From a virus, in IMG/VR virus record IMGVR_UViG_3300022752_000018, positions 96,001 through 160,000 of that record: a stretch of 64,000 nucleotides of DNA; one strand, given 5' to 3'. The notes beneath the pieces were generated by a model. It made no database searches. It saw only the letters and a program-made list of their open reading frames with translations, and was not told the origin of the DNA. This document shows, piece after piece, positions 17,108-29,100 of this stretch (position 1 is the stretch's first letter; the number at the start of each line of letters is the position of its first letter). A program made the translations under genes and the position numbers.

Positions 17108-20100
17108 TGTCTGATCAAAATGAATTAGAAATTCCATCGGATAACAACGATAAAAAATCAGAAAGATTTATCCCAAGATTTTTTAGATCAGAGAGTAATA
17201 AGAAATTTCTATCTGGAACTATTGATAATCTAATAAAAAATGGTACAGTAAAAAGACTTAATGGATTTATTGGGAGGCAGAACACTAAATCCATAACAAA
17301 TTCTGATATATTCTTGGAGGAGGAAGAGTTTGATAGACAAAATTATCAACTAGAACCCGCATTAGTATCTGAAGATATTCTAGGTAATGTGTCATTTTTT
17401 AAAGATTATATAGATTATATCAACACCATACAGGTAAATGGTGGAAATGTAAGCAATCATGAAAAATTAAATAAGCAAGAATTCTATGGTTGGAATCCAC
17501 ATATAGACTGGGACAAAATAGTAAATTATCTTCAATATTATTGGCTACCATTTGGTCCTGAAATAATACCAATTGCCGGTACAAAAGTTCTAGATACCAT
17601 AAGTACCTATTCTATAACAACGGTAAATGAAGAAGATAATAATGCTTATCTTTTTAGCCCTGATGGACTTACTAGAAACCCAGTATTAAGACTATATAGA
17701 GGCGAAACATATCAATTTGATATTACTGCTCCAAATGAACCTTTTAGTATTAAATCTGAACGTGTATCAGGCAGTGACTATAGATTTTTAGCTGGTGTAG
17801 ATAATTATGCTATCACTAATGGAAGAATTACATTTACGGTACCTTTAGATGCACCAGATGTGCTATACTATGTAAGTGAATCTAATGTTGACACTAGCGG
17901 TATATTAAAAATATTTAATATTGCTGAAAATTTTAGAATAAATGTCGAAGAAGAAGTAATAGGTAAAAAAACTTTTAGTATAAAAAATAATATTGATTTA
18001 ACCAATGGAATGAAAATAAAATTTGTTGGTCAGGTTAGACCAACAGAGTATGAAAATCAAGTTTTTTACGTAGAAGGAGTAGGCGATTCAATAAGTTTAA
18101 TCAACGAACGTGATTTATTATTAGCTACTTCGTATTCAAAAGATTTTGATGTAGATTATGATAGTGTAGGATTTGATAATATAGCCTTTAATAATGTCAA
18201 ATACGTGCCAATTGACAAAGATTATATAACAATCAAACGTGGAAGCATAGATGGAAATCCTTGGAGTAGATACAACAGATGGTTTCATCAGGATGTAATT
18301 ATAAAGACTGCTGAGATATTGGGCAAAGTTCCTGTGATGGATCAAAGTCAAAGAGCAATAAGACCAATTATAGAATTTGAATCTAATCTTAAACTTTTTA
18401 ACTTCGGAGTCAAATCTAAGAAAAATGTTGATTTAGTAGATGATTCTACTACTGATGTGTTTAGTATAATAGAAGGAGCTTTAGGTTATTATATAGATGG
18501 CGTTGAACTATTACAAGGTCATAGAATTCTTTTTAATGCTGATAAAGATATCTTAGTAAAAAATAAAATATACAAAGTTGAATTTTTAAACATATTCGAT
18601 GAATTTACAGGAATAACCAAAAGGTGTATACACCTAGCCGAAGAACCTGATAGTGTACCTGAATTAAATGATAGTGTATTTGTTATTCTAGGTAAAAGTT
18701 TCACAGGAAAATCATTTTGGTTTAATGGCAATGATTGGCAGTTATCACAAGCTAAAATTGGCTTAAATCAATGTCCGTTATTTGATCTTTTTGATATTAA
18801 TGGAATAAGTTTAACAGATCCTATATATTATCCTAATTCTACTTTTGTTGGAAATAAAATATTTTCCTATAAAATTAGTAATGGAGCAGTAGATAAAGAA
18901 TTAGGGTTTGCTCTTACCTATAGAAATATTAATAACATTGGTGATATTCTTTTTGACTTTGATCTTGTCAATGAAAAATTCTTTTATAAAAATAATAATA
19001 ATATAATTGAGGAGTATACTGACAATAAATTTTTAAAATCCTATACTAAATTTAATGAAGAAAAGTTAGTTAATGGATGGATAAAGTCTAAAGTAGAAAA
19101 TGTTCAACCTATTATAAGAATATATAAAAATAATTTATTAGCTAATCAAACCATTTTAACAAATAATTTTCCTATTGATGTATATGATAATATAGATGAT
19201 TTAGATGATTTAATAGTCAAAGTTTATGTTAATGGTATTAGGTTAGACAAGTCAAAATTTACCATAGTTAAGGATTTTGAATATAAAATTGTTGTATTAT
19301 ATGAGGATACTAATGAAAATGATATTGTATGCTTAAAATGTTTTAGTAGACAAAATAAAAATAAAAATGGCTATTATGAATTTCCTATCAATTTTCAAAA
19401 TAATCCTGAAAATAACAATATTAAAAACTTTACTCTTGGTGAGGTAACAGATCATCTTGAATCAATAATTGATAATTTACGAGATTTTTCTGGAAATCCA
19501 AGAGGTATAAACAATTTAAGAGATATATTTAATATCAGTGAATATGGAACAAAGTTTGTACAACATAGTGGAAGTATAAATTTATCTTTATATCATCTTA
19601 CTAATGAAAATGCCAGTATAATAAGAGCTATTGACAAGGCTAGAGATGATTATGGAAATTTTAAAAGAGCTTTTATATATTATTTGAATGACGTATCAAA
19701 TGAATTAACCGTCAGAGAAAGTGTGAATCTAGTTTTACAAAGTGTAAATCGAGATAAAACAAAACAATCTCCTTATTATTTCAGTGATATGCTAGGATAT
19801 ACAGCATACTCTGAATTTAAATTTACAGTAAGAAATCCAAAATCAACTAAGTATCCTCTAGGAATAAAATTCAATTTAGATGAGCTGACACCAACTAGTA
19901 TTAATATCTACTTAAACGATGTTCAATTATTACATGGAATAGATTATAAATTTATTCAGGAATCATTTGTTGATATTTTTTGTGATAAAAAAGAAGATGA
20001 TATTATTACTTTAATTACATATGATAAAACAGATGGTTGTTTTATACCACCTACACCAACAAGCTTAGGTTTATATCCTAAGTTTGAACCAAAAAAATAT

Positions 20101-23100
20101 TTAGACACTACTCTAATAGAACCACGTAATGTAATACAAGGACATGATGGAAGCATTATTCTAGCATATGATGACTATAGAGATGATTTAATATTAGAAT
20201 TAGAAAAAAGATTTTTTAATAATATAAAAGTTTCATACGATCCAACATACTTCGACATCTATGATTTTATACCTGGATCAAATAGGAGAACATCATACCC
20301 TCCTGATGAATTTAATAATATTTTATCACCAAACTTTTTTAAATGGACATCATTAATTGATAGCGATTTTACAAGGTCTCCTCTATTTTTATCTGATAAT
20401 CCCTTTACCTACAATTATAAAAATATATCAAGTACCAATGGAGACCAATTACCAGGATTTTGGAGAGGAATTTATCGTTGGTATTTTGATACTGATCGTA
20501 TACACATTTGTCCTTGGGAAAGTTTAGGATTCACTATTAAGCCGTTATGGTGGGATTCTGTTTATGGCCCAGCACCTTATACCAGTAATAATCTTATACT
20601 TTGGGACGATCTACGTAATGGAGTGATCAGAGAGCCTAATAATCCTATTAGAAAAGTTGGCAAATTCGCCAGACCTATCCTTAAAAATATCCCAGTGGAT
20701 GAAAATGGTAAATTATTAGATCCTATAGCCAGTGGTATAACATCAGATGTAATAACTTTAAACAATAATATACCATATGTTTTTGGAGATAGTGCTCCTG
20801 TTGAAAATACATGGAGAAGAAGTAGTTATTATGCGTTTAGTTTGTTAAAAAGCATTCTTCTCATGCAACCTAATCATGTATTTGGGTTATTATTTGATAA
20901 ATCACGAACGGTGCGTAGTCAAGATCAAATAATCTATAAGGATACTCATTTAAGAATTAGATTAAAAGATATTTTAGTTTCAAGTAATGTACAAGATGAA
21001 ACTAGGATACAAACTTGTGGATTAGTTAATTATATTACAGATTTTTTAACATCTAATAATTTAATAAATTTAAATCAGTACAAAACTGATTTAAAAAATC
21101 TCACTAATAAACTAAGTCATAGATTATCAGGTTTTTCAAGTAAAGATAAATTTAATCTTATATTAGATAGTAAAGGAGCCGGGGCAAGCAGTAATGTATT
21201 CATTCCTAAAGATAATTACAAAATATTCTTGAATACGTCTAGTCCAATCAAAAAATTAGTTTATAGTGGAATAATAATCACTAAACTTTTAAATAAAAAT
21301 GGTTTAGGCTATGAAATCAGAGGATATAATCAAACTAATCCATATTTTCTTTACTATCCTGTTGGCCCAATAGGATATGATATAAATGTAGGAGGTCTCA
21401 GTGAAATTTTTATTAATTGGGCATCTGGACAAAGGTACGTTATTGGACAAGTAATTAAAATTAATAAAGAATATTATAGAGTTAAACAAGCTCATACAAG
21501 TACAAGTTTTCCTGCATTAGATTCCTTTGAAAAATTATCATCTCTACCTATTATCGGTGGACAAAATGCTAAATTAAAAACTGTAAATGAAAAAAAATTA
21601 CTATTGTTGAACTATGGAACTACTTTATATAGCATACAAGAAGTAGTTGATTTTATACAAGGTTATGCTGCTTACCTTCAAGATCAAGGATTTGTATTTG
21701 AAACATTTAATGAAGATTTAAATTTAGTTTCTAATTGGGAAACTAGTATAAAAGAATTTTTATTTTGGACTACACAAAATTGGAGTACTGGAACAGACAA
21801 ATTTGTTGACTGGTCTCCTAATACACAATATTTAGATAATCAAATATTATATTATAATAATGAATTTTTTAAAGCCATTCAAACTCACACAAGTAGTACA
21901 TTTTTTGATATCAATTACTATGTAAAGTTAGACAATTTAAACAGTGATGGTGCTGCTGTAATCACCTTAAGTCCAGCAGCACTAAAGATTACTTTAAATT
22001 TACCACGTGCCGTAGTATCTGATCTTAGAGAATCTAATTACGATTATGAAATATTTTCTGCCGATGGAATCAAATATAACAGTCAATTACTTAATTATTT
22101 CAGATATGATCAACAATTTAGTTTAACACCTAAAACTGAATTAGGCATCTATAGCGCATCATTTTATCTAGTTCAAAAAGAACATGTTCTTATTATTGAT
22201 AATCTAAGTCAATTTAATGACGTAATTTACAATTTAGAAACAGGATATAGACAGGAAAAAGTTAAAATTTCTGGATATAAGACTGTTAATTGGAATGGAA
22301 GTTTTGATGCCCCAGGATTTATTTACGATCAAGCTATTATAAAAGAATGGGAGCCTTGGACAGATTATACTGTAGGGGACTTAATAAAATACAAAGAATT
22401 TTATTATACTGCTTTAAAAGCTCAGCCTGGTGTTCAAGAATTTGATATTAATAATTGGCTAATTAAAGATACTAAACCTAATGCTAATCTTTTGCCTAAT
22501 TGGGACTATAAGGCTCTACAATTTTTAGATTTTTATGATTTAGATAGTGATAATTTCGACATAAATCAGCAACGCATAGCTCAACATATGGTTGGTTATC
22601 AAAGAAGAAGTTATTTAGAAAATATCATAAAGAATGATGTAAGTGAATTTAAATTTTATCAAGGTATGATAACAGAAAAGGGTACAAATAATAGTTTACG
22701 TAAGTTATTTGATACACTTAGTTCATTAGATCAAGATAGTATAGAGGTTTATGAAGAATGGGCTTTACGAGTAGGTGAATATGGAGCTGTTGATGCATTT
22801 GAGGAAATAGAGTTTATTTTAGATGAGACCTTATTTAAAGTTGAACCACAAGTAATTGAATTAGTTAATAATATAGATAATAGTAAAATTGACTTAATAA
22901 TAAGGCAAACTCATAATGACTTATATCTAAAACCTAAAAATTTTACAAATAATATATGGGCTTTCGAAAAAACTCTTAAACAATATTTTAAAACACCTGG
23001 TTTTTGTAGATTAGATCAAGTCAAAGTAGCTATAGATAAACGAGAAGATATATTAAATTTAGATGTTTTCTCTTTAGAATTCGGTGATTATATATGGTGT

Positions 23101-26100
23101 GGATTTGAAGCAAAATTAAATGAATTTAATGATGATTGGTTCATATATAGAATAACTTTAACTAATTACAAAGTTATTGATATAAGTTCAGATACAACTA
23201 GCACTACATTGGTTTTTAATATACCGACTAATTTTGTTTTAGATGATATATTGTATTTTAAAACTGACGGAGTTGTACAGTCATCTTCAGTTCAAACATT
23301 TAATAAATTTAGTAAAGTTATTCAAACAAGTAATAATAATAGAACAATTAAAATACAGGGTAATTCATTACTTAATAATCTAAATAAAGGTAATATTAAA
23401 ACAGGTTATATTACACGACAAAGATTTATTAATATAGATAACTTCATAGTTCCAGGTTATCTTAATAAAATTTCAGAAACAAAGAACTACGGTGAATTAG
23501 TTTGGTTTACTGAAAACAATAAAAATACAATTTGGAAAAACCTACCAATTTATAATAAAATTGAAATAAAAGATTCTATTTTAACTAATCAATCAAGATT
23601 AGGCAAAGTCATAGTAACTACCCCCAGTGCTAATTTTATGGCAGTAACATCCAATAATAGAGTAACTTTTTATAAGAAAAATAACTCAACTTGGATTAAA
23701 ACACAATTTATTTTAGATTCTGATCATGCTGATTTTGGAAAATCTATAGCTGTTAGTGACGATGAAAGATTTATAGCTATAAGTTATACTGATCAATCAG
23801 TAGGCAAAGTCGCAATTTATAGGAACACAGATTTTGAATTTGATCTAGTTCAAACTCTAAGTGAGGATAATGATCCTTATTACGGTTATAAATTAAAATT
23901 TGCTATACGAGGACTAAATCAATATTCATTATTTGTAAGCACTACTAATGGTATTGGTATCAAAGATCAAACTTTCATTTATGATTACAATGATTATAGT
24001 GATTCAACTCTAATTTCAATTGAAAGAAAAGAAATAATTGACATTGAATTTACTTTAGATGGTGGTGATACAACTAATAATGTTACTGGAAATAATGATA
24101 TTTCCAGTATTAATCCTATTTTTGAAAATGTTGTAGATGGCGGTAAGCCTACAGATAACACAGAATTTGTGTTCGATTATGATGTAAATTTTGATGGTTC
24201 AATACTAGTTATAGGCACAATGAATAAAGTCTATGTTTATGAAAGACGAGACTGTTATACTCTACATCAAATTATAGAAGTTCCTGAGGCAAATGAAAGC
24301 TTTGGATATAGTGTTGCTCTATCAAGAAATGGAGAATTTTTAGCAGCATCCAGCATATTAGAAGATGGAATATATGAAAAACAAGGTAAAATTAGGATAT
24401 ATCAATCTGCTTTAGCCTTGGATGAATCCACAACTCCCCCAATAAATTACACTTTACATCAAACTATTGATAATAGAAATGCTGAAGTTAACGAACAATA
24501 TGGGTATAAAATTAAATTTATTAACGATTCTAAAACATTAGTTACGTTTAGTAGGTACGGTGATGGATATTTTGACGCCATAATAGGAGAAGATTCTACT
24601 AGAATGAATATAAATTCAGGCAGAGTAGATATCTATGATAGGTATAGAAATTATTTTGTGTTTTCAGAATCACTACCTGTAACTGATATTGATGAAGACT
24701 ATGGTGAAGGCTTTGATGCAGCACAAAATAGTATTATGGTTGGATCACCTAAAAATTTAAGTGGTAAAATAAATGTATATACAAAACCTAATAATGTATA
24801 CAGTTGGCAATTACTTTATGAAGAAAAGCCTAAAATATCAATAGAATCCTTTAAAAAGATATTTTTATATAATTCTAATACTAATACTTTATTAGATTAT
24901 GTAGATATCATTGATCCATTACAAGGTAAAATTGCAGGTGTAGCTGATCAAGAGATCAAATTTAAAACATATTATGATCCAGCAATTTACAATTTTAAAT
25001 CTAACGATTCTACTTTTAATGTTAATGTAAATGATGGTATACATTGGCTTGATAATCAAATTGGTTTGTTATGGTGGGATTTAAGACGAGCAAAATTTTT
25101 AGATTATAGTTTAGGTGATTTGGTATTTAGAAATTCAACTTGGAATACTTTATATCCCAAAGCTAGCATAGACATTTATGAATGGGTAGAATCTAGAATA
25201 CTTCCAGAACAATGGGATACATTATCTGGAACAGAGGAAGGCTTTAGTCGAGGAATATCGGGAAAAAGTCTTTATGGAAACAAAATTTATAGTCAAAAGA
25301 AAAGATTCGATACTATAAGTAAAACCTATAGAACATTATACTATTTTTGGGTTAAAAATAAATTAAACATCCCAGAAGGTATGAATCGTAAATTAAATTC
25401 AGTAGACATAGAAAGTATAATTAAAGATCCAAAAAATTATGGTATTAAAAGTATTAATTTTTTAGATAATAATGCTTTTAATTTATCTAATATAACTCAA
25501 ATTTTACGTGATAAAGATGTTATTTTAAGTTTACAATATTGGACTTCGCCAGAAAAAGAAAAATTATTAATCCATAACGAATGGAAATTAATAAGTGAAA
25601 ATGAAAAAACAGGCTTACCAAGAGAAATAGAAAGAAAATGGATTGACAGTCTTGTAGGCAGAGATGAAAATGGTTACACCGTACCCGATATGAAACTTAG
25701 TATTAAGCAAAAGTACGGTATAGAAAATAAACCAAGACAATCAATGTTTATTAATAGAGTTGAAGCAGTTAAACAATTTGTAGAAAAATTTAATCTTGAG
25801 ATGAAGAATATACAAATTGATAATATAGACCTAACGGATTTTTACAGCAAGGATCCATTACCCAGTCTTATTACTGGTTTATATGACTACGAAGTTGATA
25901 CATTTGATCAATTAAGATTTATAAATGGAGAAGCACACAAACAGGCATTTGTTTCACCAGTTATAGATCAAGGTAAAATCGTCGATGTGACCATTATTAA
26001 TGGTGGATTAGGATATAAAAATCCACCTAAAATAGAAATATTAGGGCGTGGCGTAGGGGCTAATATAGAAACTGTGCTTAATAATAATGGAACCATTATA

Positions 26101-29100
26101 GCAACTAAAATTATTAATTTTGGAAAAGGTTATGATTCTTCTACTACAACTTTAAACATACGCCCTCTAGTAGCTCTAGTAAAAACTAATGAAGAAGATT
26201 ATTGGGCTTTATATGATTATAATCACAAGAAAAAATTATGGATCATAGGAAAAACTCAAAAATATGATGTAACTAAATTTTGGGAGTTGGTAGATTGGTA
26301 TGATATAGGATATAATCAGTTTACCAAAATTGATATATCTGTTAATGCCGTATATGAATTATTCACTAGGAAAGTTGATATAGGTCAAGTAGTTAAAGTA
26401 AAAAATGATGATACTGAATGGTTATTATTAGAAAAGTATAACGATGTAGTAGATGTAGATTATACTAAAAGTTTTAAAGTTGTAGGACGACAGCGTGGAA
26501 GTTTAAAATTAAGTTCAAAATTATATCAATTTGATGAAAATAGATTGGGGTTTGATGGATTTCTGTACGATGTAAATCAATATGACTTTAACGGACCCAT
26601 AGAATTTAGAATAATTTTAAGAAGTTTAATTGATAAAGTTCTTATAGATGACAAAAGAAAAATATTAATAAATTTATTTTTTACCAGTTTACGTTATGTT
26701 TTAAGTGAACAATTATTTGTAGACTGGATGTTCAAGACCAGTTTTATTAAGGCACAGCATAATATAGGACAATTTCGTCAACGTTCTAATTATAAAAATG
26801 ATAGTTTAGGTGATTTTGAAAATTATATTAAAGAAGTTAAACCTTACAGATCTAAAATTAGAGAATTTACCAGCGTATTTTCAGATGTAGAAAATACACA
26901 AAGCCTAGTAACTGATTTTGATTTACCAGCTTATATAGAAAATTATACAATTAAAACTATTGAGACACAGTTTAAAAATGAAACTATCAGTGTTGATAAC
27001 ACTTCTTTAATTACTCAAAGTCCTTGGTCATTATGGAAGTCTAACTTAGGATTTTCAGTAACAGAAGTAGTGATAGTAGATGGTGGTTCTAATTATGTTA
27101 ATAGACCTATTATTACATTTGAAGGAAATTGTCTAGTACAAGCCAAAGCAAGAGCATTTGTAGTTAGAGGTTCAATAGTAAAAATTGAAATATTAGATGA
27201 AGGTAAAGGATATTTTATACCACCTAAAATAGTTATAAACGGTAGTATAGGAGAAAATGGTACCCCTGCTAAAGCTGTTAGTGTTATAGGTAATAGTCTA
27301 ATACGATCCAATACAGTCACAGTAAAATTTGATAGATATTTAAAAGAAAAATTTGAAGACATAACACCCATAGAAATAGAAGATATTTTTTATGGTGATG
27401 GCATTGCGACTACTTTTAGGCTAAGATATAAACCTAGTCCAGAATCTAACTCAATTATTGTAAGAATAAATGGTCTTGTACAAATTTTAGGATCATATGA
27501 AATTTTTCCTAAAATAGATACTGAAAAAGGCTATAGAGAACATTATGCTGATTTAGTTTTAAATACTGTTCCACAACTATCAGATACAATAATTGTAAAT
27601 TATAAAAAAGATTTTGTTCATTTAAATGCTTTAGAAAGAATATACCATTATTATAGTCCAGATTATGGCATGGTTGGACGAGATTTTGCTCAACTTATGA
27701 CTGGTATAGACTATGGTGGAGTCAGCATTATAGGTACTGGATTTGAAAAACCTAACAGATGGGACGGATTATATTCTTGGTCTGAAAGACCTTGGGACGA
27801 AGATCCACCTACTGAAGATCAAATTTATGATACAATGATAGATGGTGGTAATTTAAACTCAAATAGTGTTTATAGAACAGCCAGTGGTCTAAGAGCTGAA
27901 GACATTATAATTGATGGAGATGGGTTTATAACCCCCATGTCTAGCCCAGCTCCAGAAGAAATGCTGCCTGGACATGTTACTGATTCGTTATCCATAATGA
28001 TTTTTGAAAGATCTAGTACTACCAGCAGTGAAATAACCTCATTAAATTTCCTTTCTGATGGAGAAAATACTGACTTTCAGTTGATCAAGTATCCAAATAG
28101 CAGACAAGGCATCATTGTAAAAATTAATCAAACTATATTAAAACCAGACATAGATTATACTTTTGACTATGATAAATTATTGGTTAAACTTAAAGAACCT
28201 TCTACTTTTGGATCAATAGTTAGTATTACTAGTTTAGGGTTTAGCGGTGAAAATCTATTAGATGTAAATTTTAAAATTATAAATGAAACAACTAATACAA
28301 TAGTTACTGATGTAGATTGGAGTGAAAATGTTAGTGCCTATACACTTGTTTCAGGTGAATTAGCTCAACACGAATTAATAAAAATAGACACAGTAGAAAT
28401 TAGTAATAAAATAGGTATTAAATTTCCTTTTGATTTAGAAATAGATCAAGTCGTAAATTACAGTTTATTTTTGGAAAAAATAATTAATCAAAGCATAGTA
28501 ACTAGAGAAATTATTATATCTAACGGTACTGATAAAAAATATACGTTGAACAATCCTGTAGGAAAGAAAGTTCCATTAGATCCTAATGTTATTGTAAGGG
28601 CAGGTGACACTATTTACAACAGTGTTGATACATTTAAGTTTTTACTCATAGATAATGTATTAGAATATGATATCCCAGCCGGTAAAGCCGATATAGATAT
28701 TTACAATGTTAATGATTATGATGTATATATTAATCAAGTCAAAGTTGAACTTGGCATTGCCTATAATTTTGATCTTTTACGTTCAAAACTATTATTACAA
28801 CCTTCTTACTATAAAGATAAAGCAGAAGTGCTAGTAGCGATTACAAAATATGCTGATTATTTTTTAAGGAAAGAATCAAATTTAGTTAAAATTGAATTTA
28901 GAAATACACCGCCTGCTGATACTGAAATTGAAATTATAGCAATGTTTAACCATGATATTTTAGACATTGAAAGAAAGTATTATATTATTGAACCCAAGTT
29001 AGAAAATTTTACTGATTCTATTTTCTATCTAAACCTTATTAAAATCAGTGCTGGAATTTTCAGATTTAATAGAGAAGTAATAGACACTACCTATGTATGG